A stretch of DNA of 45,959 nt from Actinomycetota bacterium (GTDB taxonomy: Bacteria > Actinomycetota > Acidimicrobiia > Acidimicrobiales > Ilumatobacteraceae). The position numbers were made by a program, and so were the translations under genes. The DNA lies in the NCBI GenBank assembly GCA_043746045.1, contig JAYTRT010000236.1, positions 1-45,959 on the forward strand. Direction: 5' to 3'. This document shows positions 36,253 to 43,876 of the stretch, piece after piece. How positions within the stretch are numbered: the stretch's first letter is position 1; the number at the start of each line of letters is the position of its first letter. The notes under the pieces were generated by a model, which saw nothing but the letters and a program-made list of their open reading frames with translations, was not told the origin of the DNA and made no database searches.

Positions 36253-37869
36253 GTGACAACTTCCGATCTCCAGGCAGCCGTAGACGTCATCGAACGTGCC
36301 GAAGCAATCGTCGGCAGAGCCGTTCGAAACCTCGCCGAGAACGGAGGACCGGATGTGCATCAGGTCATCGCCTACGACATCGCTCACGCGGCGTCCGCCG
36401 TGGCGACCGCTCGCGCACTTCTCGACTACGGCGCCAAGGGCGAGACCGAAGGTCTGATCACCTGCGCCTACACGGCCGACATGGCCCACGACCTCGTGTC
36501 CCGCCTGATCGGTCGGGAAACAGCATGGGGTGTTGACGTTGCCCCGATGAGCTCTGCCCAGGCTTTCATCGAGATCTATCGAGCTCCCGAATTCTTGGCG
36601 TCACTCGCTACCGTGCCGGGCCCGCGACACCTCGCCGACGACTACGAACTGGTGCAGGACACGTTCCGTTCGTTCGCCGACAAGGTCATTGCGCCACGTG
36701 CCGAGCACGTGCATCGTTACAACGAAGACGTTCCCGAGGAGATCATCAGCGGCCTGGCCGAAATGGGCGCGTTCGGCCTCAGCGTGCCTGCCGAGTACGG
36801 CGGCTTCAGCGAGGGCGGCGACGGCGAATACATCGGCATGGTCGTGGCCACCGAGGAGCTGTCACGCGGCTCGCTCGGCATCGGCGGCTCGTTGATCACC
36901 CGTCCCGAGATCCTGACCCGCGCGCTCGTGCGGGGCGGAACGGAGGCGCAGAAGCAGGAGTGGTTGCCGAAGTTGGCGTCTGCGGACGTGATGGCAGCCG
37001 TGGCGGTGACCGAACCCGATTTCGGCAGCGACGTGGCTGGTGTGAAGGTGACTGCCGTCGAGGCCGCCGGTCCGAATGGTGAAGCCGGTTACGTGATCAA
37101 CGGCGTCAAGACCTGGTGCACCTTCGGCGCCCGAGCCGACGTGCTGATGCTGCTCGCCCGCACCGACCCCGACCGCAGCAAGACCCATCGCGGGCTCAGC
37201 GTTTTCATCGTGCCCAAGCCCCGGGGCGACGCGCACGGTTTCGAATTCACCCAGGATCGACGCCCCGACGGAACCGCGGGGAAGATGGAAGGCCGCCCGA
37301 TCGACACCATCGGCTACCGGGGCATGCACAGCTACGAGATCGCCCTCGAGAACTGGTGGGTCCCGGCCGAGAACCTGATCGGGGAAGAGGCCGGCAAGGG
37401 CCGCGGCTTCTACTACCAGATGGAGGGTTTCGAGAACGGCAGACTGCAGACCGCCGCTCGCGCCGTCGGCGTGATGCAGGCCTCGTACGAGGCAGCCCTC
37501 GACTACGCGAACAACCGCAAGGTGTTCGGCCACAACATCATGGAATACCAATTGACCCAGGCCAAGTTGGGCCGGATGGCGGTGCTGATCCAGGCCGGGC
37601 GGCAGTTCTCGTATCACGTCGCGACGTTGATGGGCAAGGGCGAGGGGACCACCGAAGCAAGCATGGTCAAGGCCTACGTGTGCCGTGCCGCAGAGTGGGT
37701 CAGCCGGGAGGCGATGCAGATCCACGGGGGTTATGGCTACGCCGAGGAGTACACGGTCAGCCGCCTGTTCGTGGATGCACGAGTGCTCAGCATCTTCGAA
37801 GGTGCCGACGAGACGTTGTGCCTGAAGGTCATCGCCCGCCGCCTGATCGAATCGAGCAAAGCTGCCTGA
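36253..37869 (+). CDS. acyl-CoA dehydrogenase family protein
   Basis: ACAD N, middle and C-terminal regions (TEPDFGSDVAG, WCTFGARAD, QIHGGYGY, IFEGADETL). GTG 36253 chosen because ATG 36181 lies 9 nt from the divergent LOG start. Confidence 0.85.
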   Translation: MTTSDLQAAVDVIERAEAIVGRAVRNLAENGGPDVHQVIAYDIAHAASAVATARALLDYGAKGETEGLITCAYTADMAHDLVSRLIGRETAWGVDVAPMSSAQAFIEIYRAPEFLASLATVPGPRHLADDYELVQDTFRSFADKVIAPRAEHVHRYNEDVPEEIISGLAEMGAFGLSVPAEYGGFSEGGDGEYIGMVVATEELSRGSLGIGGSLITRPEILTRALVRGGTEAQKQEWLPKLASADVMAAVAVTEPDFGSDVAGVKVTAVEAAGPNGEAGYVINGVKTWCTFGARADVLMLLARTDPDRSKTHRGLSVFIVPKPRGDAHGFEFTQDRRPDGTAGKMEGRPIDTIGYRGMHSYEIALENWWVPAENLIGEEAGKGRGFYYQMEGFENGRLQTAARAVGVMQASYEAALDYANNRKVFGHNIMEYQLTQAKLGRMAVLIQAGRQFSYHVATLMGKGEGTTEASMVKAYVCRAAEWVSREAMQIHGGYGYAEEYTVSRLFVDARVLSIFEGADETLCLKVIARRLIESSKAA

Positions 37870-37870
37870 C

Positions 37871-37917
37871 GGTTGACATATCAACCTGACCGGAGTAGAG
37901 TGGTTGACATATCAACC
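37871..37917 (+). promoter_or_regulatory. consensus-like promoter (TTGACA-17-TAGAGT) embedded between two identical 16 bp inverted-repeat operators GGTTGACATATCAACC
   Basis: Operator copies at 37871-37886 and 37902-37917, with centres 31 bp apart. The -35 box (37873-37878) lies inside copy 1, the -10 box is at 37896-37901, and copy 2 covers the predicted TSS. Located upstream of yceI. Confidence 0.5.
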
Positions 37918-37947
37918 ACCGATTCCACGGAACGAAAGCAGCAGCAC

Positions 37948-38505
37948 ATGACTGACACGACCACCACCATCCCGGGCTACATCGCAGGCACCTGGACCAT
38001 CGACGCCGTTCACAGCGAAGTCGGTTTCTCCGTCCGCCACATGATGGTCAGCAAGGTTCGCGGCAAGTTCACCGAGTTCTCGGGAACGTTCGTCACCGGC
38101 GACAAGCCCGAGCAGTCGAGCGTCGCTGCGACGGTCGCACTGACGTCGATCGACACCGGCAACACGGACCGCGACAACCATGTCCGCTCCGCTGACTTCT
38201 TCAATGTCGAGACGAACAAGGACATGGCTTTCACCTCGACCGGCATCCGCTCCGACGGCGGCGACTACATCCTCGACGGCAACCTGACCTTGAAGGGCGT
38301 CACCAAGCCGGTGTCACTCGAGCTCGAGCTCGGCGGCTTCGGCCCCGATGCATACGGCGGCACCCGCGCCGGGTTCACCGCGACAGGTGAGATCAAGCGC
38401 AGCGACTTCGGCGTCGACTTCAACGCCGTGCTCGAGACCGGCGGCGTCGTCCTCAGCGACAAGGTCGCCATCCACCTCGAAATCGAAGGCGTACTCAAGG
38501 CCTGA
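37948..38505 (+). CDS. YceI family polyisoprenoid-binding protein
   Basis: GTWTIDAVHSEVGFSVRHMMVSKVRGKF and RDNHVRSADFF motifs. Inner ATG of track ORF 37873..38505. Confidence 0.85.
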   Translation: MTDTTTTIPGYIAGTWTIDAVHSEVGFSVRHMMVSKVRGKFTEFSGTFVTGDKPEQSSVAATVALTSIDTGNTDRDNHVRSADFFNVETNKDMAFTSTGIRSDGGDYILDGNLTLKGVTKPVSLELELGGFGPDAYGGTRAGFTATGEIKRSDFGVDFNAVLETGGVVLSDKVAIHLEIEGVLKA

Positions 38506-38507
38506 TT

Positions 38508-38936
38508 TCAGTTGCGGTTCGTCGAGCCGGGGTCTGGTACCCCGGCCGGAGTTCCCTCGTGGTATTCGATCAGTTCGATCAGATATCCGTCGTGTTCTTT
38601 GACGAACGCAACCGTGACCGGCCACCGATCCAGACGGGTCGGTGGCGTCACCGATTCGCAGCCCGCCGCGATGCACCGCTCATACAGCGACACGCAGTCG
38701 TCGGTGTTCAGATACAGCTTCCACATCGCAGAGCCCATGTCGATCGGGCCTGATTGGTCGAGTTGCTGGGCGAGTTGGATTCGCGATCCGCCCTGATCGG
38801 CTTGGAGCACGGCCTCGAGTGCAGTCGGAATCTCTGTACGGCTGCGAACGGGCAGTCCGCACACACCCTCCCAGAATCCGATCGACCGTTCGAGGTCGGT
38901 GACGTTGATGCAGAATTGCCCGAGGATCTGTCCCAT
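38508..38936 (-). CDS. VOC (glyoxalase/bleomycin resistance/dioxygenase) family protein
   Basis: 142 aa with FCINVTDLERSIGFWEGVCG and a C-terminal DGYLIELIE. AGGGAG SD 5 nt upstream. Confidence 0.8.
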   Translation of the reverse strand: MGQILGQFCINVTDLERSIGFWEGVCGLPVRSRTEIPTALEAVLQADQGGSRIQLAQQLDQSGPIDMGSAMWKLYLNTDDCVSLYERCIAAGCESVTPPTRLDRWPVTVAFVKEHDGYLIELIEYHEGTPAGVPDPGSTNRN

Positions 38937-38947
38937 GATGGCTCCCT

Positions 38948-39024
38948 GATGTCTGATGTCTGATGTCTGATGTCTGATGTCTGATGTCTGATGTCTGATG
39001 TCCGATGTCCGATGTCCGATGTGC
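38948..39024. repeat. heptanucleotide tandem repeat: 7 x GATGTCT, 3 x GATGTCC and 1 degenerate unit
   Basis: Read directly. Lies on the leader/promoter side of the VOC gene, 11 nt upstream of its start (immediately 5' of its SD), and downstream of the SDR stop at 39080. Confidence 0.95.
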
Positions 39025-39079
39025 GCTCAGGCTCACACGTCAGGACGACGGCCGACGAGGCGGGTCCGCATCCCGTTGC

Positions 39080-39871
39080 TCAGAGCATGATCAGCGGTCG
39101 CCGACCGAGATGTGCGCCGGCGTCGGCGAGGATCAGCTGACCCGTGATGCAACGGGACAGATCGGATGCCAGCACGACGCACAGTCGTGCCAACTCGTCC
39201 GGTTCGCAAACCCGACGCAGTGGCGTGGACATCGAGATCGCCTCGAACTGCTCGGCCCCGATCACCGCCGCGACGTCCCTCGTGTACGTGGTGCCGGGTG
39301 CGACCGCATTGACCCGGATGCCGTACGGGCCGAGTTCGGCGGCGAGGGTGGTGGTGAGATGCACGATGGCAGCCTTGGAAGCTCCGTATGCGGCCAGACC
39401 GATGGCGGGACGGGTGGCCTCCCCTGACGCGACGTTGACGATCACGCCGCCCCGACCCTGGCTGATCAGATGACGGGCCTCGGCGTGGCAGCATCGGTAG
39501 GTGGCATGCAGGTTCTGCTCGATGATCGCCCATGCATCATCCAAATCCGTGTCGACGAACGCAGCGGCGACGCGCCCGGCCATCATTCCGACGTTGTTGA
39601 TCGCGATGTCGACACCGCCCAGCGAGTCGGTCACGTACTGCAACATCTCGGCGACCTGAGCATCGCTGCGCACATCGGCCGGAACCGCAATCGCGATGCC
39701 GCCGGCTTCGACGATCGACGCAGCGGTGTCGGCTGCGCGACCCGGGTCGATGTCGTTGACGGCCACCACGGCATCAGCCCGAGCCATCCACTGCGCGATC
39801 TCGCGGCCGATCCCGGCCCCAGCGCCGGTGATCAGCGCTACCGCTCCGTCCAGCGTGACCTCGATGCCCAT
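39080..39871 (-). CDS. SDR family oxidoreductase
   Basis: TGAGAGIG, NNVG and YGASK motifs. Inner ATG 7 nt after GGGAG; the track ORF 39080..40960 has a long spurious 5' extension. Confidence 0.85.
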   Translation of the reverse strand: MGIEVTLDGAVALITGAGAGIGREIAQWMARADAVVAVNDIDPGRAADTAASIVEAGGIAIAVPADVRSDAQVAEMLQYVTDSLGGVDIAINNVGMMAGRVAAAFVDTDLDDAWAIIEQNLHATYRCCHAEARHLISQGRGGVIVNVASGEATRPAIGLAAYGASKAAIVHLTTTLAAELGPYGIRVNAVAPGTTYTRDVAAVIGAEQFEAISMSTPLRRVCEPDELARLCVVLASDLSRCITGQLILADAGAHLGRRPLIML

Positions 39872-39893
39872 CGTCATGCTCCCGATCGCTACC

Positions 39894-39932
39894 GTTCGAA
39901 TTGTCGAACCAGGTGTTCGACTATTGGAACAC
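39894..39932. promoter_or_regulatory. two adjacent inverted repeats (GTTCGAattgTCGAAC and GTGTTCgactattgGAACAC) in a divergent promoter region
   Basis: Read directly, between the SDR start (39871, minus) and the module-2 start (39959, plus). Both share a GTTCGA core. Candidate operators. Confidence 0.35.
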
Positions 39933-39958
39933 GCCAGGAATCCGAGGAAACCATCGTG

Positions 39959-41020
39959 ATGGCCATCGATACAGGCGAGCTCTTCACGGCAGCGACGATC
40001 GACATCGCCGACGAGTCGCCCGAGGCTGTTCTCGAAGCATTCGCGGCGCGGGGCTGGGGTGACGGCCTGCCACTGGTGGCGCCGACGGTCGCAAGGGTGG
40101 AGGCGATGCTGGCGTTCGCCGAAGGTCCCGTCGACGAGGTACTCACCGTGTTGCAGCCGCGCGCCGGCGTGGTCACCCGCCGGGTGATCGCGATCAACGC
40201 CGTCCTCGCCGGCTGTCCACCGAACACCTTTCCCGTCGTGCTCAGCGCGATCCGCGCGCTCGCTCGGCCGGAAGTGAACCTGCGCGGCGTGAACGCCACA
40301 ACGCATCCGGTCGCCCCGATGATCATCGTCCACGGACGGGCCGTCGACGAATGCGGCTTCAACGCAGGGATCGGTGCATTCGGACCTGGCAACCGGGCCA
40401 ACGCCACCGTCGGGCGCGCCGTACGCCTGATCATGCTTCACGTCGCCGGCGCACTCCCGGGCTCGGGCGACGCGGCCACCCATGGCCAACCGGCCAAATA
40501 CACCTTCTGCGCCGCCGAGAACCTGGCCGAGAGTCCCTGGGGCGGGTACGCCTCGGCCATCGGTATCGACGCACCCAGCGCTGTCACCGTCCACTGCGGC
40601 GAGGGCCCGCACAACGTGCACGATGCCGAAGCCGCTGGCGATGCCGGGCTGATCCTCGACAAGATCGCCTCGTCGATGACGACGCTGGGAATGAACAACG
40701 CACCGATCAGTCAGGCCGAGTTCTTCGTCGTCCTCGGTCCCGAGCACGCGCGCAGCATCGCCGCTGCCGGTCTGCAGCGCGCCGACGTCTCGAGCTATCT
40801 GTACGAGAAGGCGCGGATGCCGGCCGCACTGTTCCGCCGCCACTTCCAGGAGCTGGCCTGGGCGACGTGGATGAAGACGGCGACCGACGAGGCGCTGCTG
40901 CCGATGACCGGACACCCGGACAACGTGCGCGTGCTCGTCGCCGGGGGTCCGGGAAAGCACTCGCTCGTCGTGCCGTCGTGGGGCATGACACGATCAGCCA
41001 CTGTTCCGGTGGCCGGATGA
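39959..41020 (+). CDS. conserved domain-of-unknown-function protein; large subunit of redox module copy 2 (paralogue of the 28670..30127 C-terminal domain)
   Basis: Inner ATG (or GTG 39956) after a GAGG SD. Motifs shared with copy 1: GWGDGLPLVAPT, INAVLAGC, GPGNRANATVGRAV, GPEHAR. Lacks the thioredoxin-like N-terminal domain. Confidence 0.7.
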   Translation: MAIDTGELFTAATIDIADESPEAVLEAFAARGWGDGLPLVAPTVARVEAMLAFAEGPVDEVLTVLQPRAGVVTRRVIAINAVLAGCPPNTFPVVLSAIRALARPEVNLRGVNATTHPVAPMIIVHGRAVDECGFNAGIGAFGPGNRANATVGRAVRLIMLHVAGALPGSGDAATHGQPAKYTFCAAENLAESPWGGYASAIGIDAPSAVTVHCGEGPHNVHDAEAAGDAGLILDKIASSMTTLGMNNAPISQAEFFVVLGPEHARSIAAAGLQRADVSSYLYEKARMPAALFRRHFQELAWATWMKTATDEALLPMTGHPDNVRVLVAGGPGKHSLVVPSWGMTRSATVPVAG

Positions 41021-41084
41021 GACGAATCAGAAGCACGTCAGCACGGGACGACGCGCATGAGCGGACCAGGATGAGGAGGACCGG

Positions 41085-41930
41085 ATGACCATCACCGTGT
41101 ACGCACCCGACAGTGAGGCGCGCCCCGATCGAGCCTCGCTCGCCGCCTCGCCTGCGAGCCTCACCGGGTTGCGGCTCGCAGTGCTCGACAACGGCAAGCC
41201 GAACGCCGTGACGGTCATGGTCCGAGCCGCCGAGACGCTGGCGGCGCGAACGGGGGCCGTTGTCTCGTTGGTCGTCAAGAAAGGCCCGGGAGGACGGTCG
41301 GCCAACGCAGCGATCCCCTGCGCCGATGACATCTTCGACCGACTCCTGGCCGAGGCCGACATCGTCATCACCGGTGCTGCAGATTGCGGCAGCTGCACCG
41401 CCTACAGCGTCTTCGACGCGATTGCCCTGGAGAAGCACGGCATCCCGACGGTAGTGGTGACCACCACCGAATTCGCCCCCATCGCGACCACGATGTCCGC
41501 CGACTTCGGGATGCCCGACGTGCGCACCCTCGTGCTGCCGCACCCGCTCGGCGGCACCGACCGCGAGACGCTCTGGGTGTGGGCCGATGTGGCCACCTTT
41601 CGACTCGAAGCACTGTTCCTCGGTACCCCGCCGGCGACGGACGCCGTTGGAGCCGCATCTCCCCCTACCGATTTCGGGGCGGTCAGTGCCGCACTCGCCG
41701 GAGTCCAAGCGCTCGTCGAGGCCGACAGCAGTCGGTTCCATCTGGACCGGGTCTCGGCGGACGGGGTCGTCCACCTGACACTGCTGATCGACGATGCATC
41801 GTGCGCCGAATGCGTGATGCCGCGCGAGATCCTCGAGCGCACCGCAGCACGTGTGTTGCGGGCCGCCGTACCGACCATCAGTCGGGTGAGCATCGCCGAT
41901 CCGCGTGAGTTCTCGACGAGCCCGACGTGA
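41085..41930 (+). CDS. CGSC-motif (Cys form) homologue of the UGSC protein, fused to a NifU-like CxxC C-terminal domain; small subunit of module copy 2
   Basis: GAGGAGGA SD. The first ~180 aa align with 30155..30694, with Cys in place of the TGA-encoded residue. The C-terminal VHLTLLIDDASCAECVMPREILERTAARVLRAAVP resembles a NifU/Nfu C-terminal domain. Confidence 0.7.
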   Translation: MTITVYAPDSEARPDRASLAASPASLTGLRLAVLDNGKPNAVTVMVRAAETLAARTGAVVSLVVKKGPGGRSANAAIPCADDIFDRLLAEADIVITGAADCGSCTAYSVFDAIALEKHGIPTVVVTTTEFAPIATTMSADFGMPDVRTLVLPHPLGGTDRETLWVWADVATFRLEALFLGTPPATDAVGAASPPTDFGAVSAALAGVQALVEADSSRFHLDRVSADGVVHLTLLIDDASCAECVMPREILERTAARVLRAAVPTISRVSIADPREFSTSPT

Positions 41931-42961
41931 TCGTCGTCGGCATCCTGCATCCGGCTGCGTGGTACGGCGATCGGGCGGCATTCCAACAGCAGATGGATGC
42001 CCTGCGGGCGCTCGACCAGCGCGTCGAAGTGATCGTCGAGCCCTTCGTCGAGTCGCAGGAACGGCGTGTCGCGATCCGGCCCGGCGACACCGACACGCGA
42101 CCGCCCGCCGCTGTCCTCACCGATGTCCAGATCGACATGCTGTCCCGGATCGAGGTCGCGCTCACGCTCGACCTCCCCGATCAGCTCGGGACTGTTGCTC
42201 CGAACCTGCGCTGGGTGCAGGCGATCGGCGCAGGCGTGGAGCACCTCCAACCGAAGGTGGAGCGGACCGGGGTCCGTCTGACGACCAACGGCGGGAGCAA
42301 CTCGATCGGCATCGCCGAGTTCGTGATGGCGCGAATCCTGGCGTACTACAAACCACTCGCCGAGATCGCCTCGCTGCAGAACGAGCATCGCTGGGAACCG
42401 CGATACGGACGCCAGCTCGCCGGGTCCTCCATCGCACTGCTCGGCTTCGGTCCGATCAACCAGGCTGTCGCAGCGCGCGCACACGCGTTCGGTGTCCGTG
42501 TGGTGGTCGTCCGCCGCAACCCCGGTGAAACCCCGCCCGGCGTGTCCGCCGTCCACGGGCAGCACGAGCTGCGGGCGGTGCTGGCCGAGAGCGACATCGT
42601 CGTCTCGGCGGTACCCGAGACACCGGAGACAATGGGCATGATCGGCCGTGGCGAGCTCGAGGCAATGCGGCCCGGCTCGTTCTTCTGCAACGTCGGGCGC
42701 GGCTCGATCGTCGATGAAGCAGCGCTGATCGCTGCGCTCGAATCGGGTCATCTCGGCGGCGCTGCGATCGATGTGGCCAGCCTCGAGCCACTTCCCGCCG
42801 ACAACCCACTGTGGAATGCCCCGAACCTGCACATCTCGGCTCACTGCTCGAGCGTGCCCTCGGCGATGTTCCCGGAAGTGCACCGCCTGTTCCGCGAAAA
42901 CCTCGCCCGCTACCTTCGTGGAGAACCGCTGACCAGCGAAGTCGCCGTGGATCGTGGGTGA
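41927..42961 (+). CDS. D-isomer specific 2-hydroxyacid dehydrogenase family, NAD-binding
   Basis: GFGPINQAVAARA Rossmann motif, NVGRGSIVDE, and H in SAHCSS. GTGA overlap with the upstream gene. Confidence 0.85.
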   Translation: MIVVGILHPAAWYGDRAAFQQQMDALRALDQRVEVIVEPFVESQERRVAIRPGDTDTRPPAAVLTDVQIDMLSRIEVALTLDLPDQLGTVAPNLRWVQAIGAGVEHLQPKVERTGVRLTTNGGSNSIGIAEFVMARILAYYKPLAEIASLQNEHRWEPRYGRQLAGSSIALLGFGPINQAVAARAHAFGVRVVVVRRNPGETPPGVSAVHGQHELRAVLAESDIVVSAVPETPETMGMIGRGELEAMRPGSFFCNVGRGSIVDEAALIAALESGHLGGAAIDVASLEPLPADNPLWNAPNLHISAHCSSVPSAMFPEVHRLFRENLARYLRGEPLTSEVAVDRG

Positions 42962-43820
42962 ACCAGCGAGCGCGGCCGATCTTGCGTTCGTCGACGTCCA
43001 CGTACATGTCGCGTGCGACGACACCCAGCGCTTCCCGCGCCGACCAACGGGCGTCGGCAGCCAGTGGTGGAGCCAACCAGACGGCGCCGGACCTGCCGTG
43101 CTGCGAACGGCGAAAGACGCCGGCGCTGCGAACGTCGTGGTGGTCCAGGCGGTCGGCGCGTACGGCCACGACTGCGCCTGCGCGTCCGACGTCGTCGAAT
43201 CGTCCGCCGGCTACGCGTTGCTGGTCGCCTCGATCGACATGACCGCTGTCGACCTGTCAGCTGTCGACCTGTCAGCTGTCGACCTGCAGACCTCGCGTCG
43301 GCCGTGCGTCGGGTGGAGGTTGTTCGGCGTCGCCGACGGTGCGCCATGGCTCGACGACGAGCGCGCCGACCTCGTCTGGTCACGCGCCGCCGAGTTGGAT
43401 GCGGTCATCGTCCCGACGATCTTCACCGACCGACTGGACTCGTTGGCAGCCGTTGCCGCCCGTCACCCCGCCGTACGTGTCGCGCTCGATCATTGCGCCT
43501 TTCCCGACATCGGCGGCGCGAGCGCAGAGCACACGCTGTTGCGAACGGCCGAGACTTCGTCGATCCGTCTCAAGGTGACGACGCACGTGCTCGACGCATG
43601 GCTGCGCCAGGGTCGACTGGATCAGGCATTCGCCGACCTCGTTGACGCCTTCGGCACCGATCGGATGTGCTGGGGTTCCGATCACCCGCAGCACCAGGGA
43701 TCGACCTACGCCGAGAAGCTGGCGCTGGCTCGCCACGCGACACGGCACCTCGACGGCCAGCAACGATCACGGTTCTTCGTCGGCACCGCCGTCGAGCTCG
43801 GCTGGGCACCGGCGCGATGA
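42954..43820 (+). CDS. amidohydrolase family (amidohydrolase 2-type) metal-dependent hydrolase
   Basis: FVDVHVHV metal motif, LDHCAFP and WGSDHP. 8 nt overlap with the upstream gene. Confidence 0.75.
   Translation: MGEPASAADLAFVDVHVHVACDDTQRFPRRPTGVGSQWWSQPDGAGPAVLRTAKDAGAANVVVVQAVGAYGHDCACASDVVESSAGYALLVASIDMTAVDLSAVDLSAVDLQTSRRPCVGWRLFGVADGAPWLDDERADLVWSRAAELDAVIVPTIFTDRLDSLAAVAARHPAVRVALDHCAFPDIGGASAEHTLLRTAETSSIRLKVTTHVLDAWLRQGRLDQAFADLVDAFGTDRMCWGSDHPQHQGSTYAEKLALARHATRHLDGQQRSRFFVGTAVELGWAPAR
43245..43289. repeat. 3 x 15 bp in-frame tandem repeat (GCTGTCGACCTGTCA) encoding (AVDLS)3 inside the amidohydrolase gene
   Basis: Read directly. Units at 43245, 43260 and 43275. Confidence 0.95.
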
Positions 43821-43876
43821 AGCGCTGCCGAGAGGCATCGCTGTGAACCTGCGCGCCGATTGTGCCTCCGAGTCCG

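Noticed and set aside
38948-39024. Possible CRISPR array; the same question was asked of the other tandem repeats
   Set aside because: The units are 7-18 bp and directly abutting, with no unique spacers, and there are no cas genes in the window.
39080-40960. Long 5' extensions of several track ORFs: 39080..40960, 39470..39958, 23504..24616, 8420..9322, 6366..7544, 606..1025, 17649..18152, 33655..34839, 35548..36489
   Set aside because: The extensions overlap neighbouring real genes or are low-complexity. In each case an inner start with an SD, a stop-start overlap or a family-typical N-terminus was preferred.
41402-43024. 540 aa minus-strand ORF. Similar long antisense ORFs: 25247..26488(-), 19454..20596(-), 43862..45319(+), 13592..14656(+), 10522..11340(+)
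   Set aside because: All lie opposite genes with strong family signatures (2-hydroxyacid dehydrogenase, PtrB, Zn-peptidase, sigma factor, LLM, Pgi). All have off-frame-type amino-acid composition.
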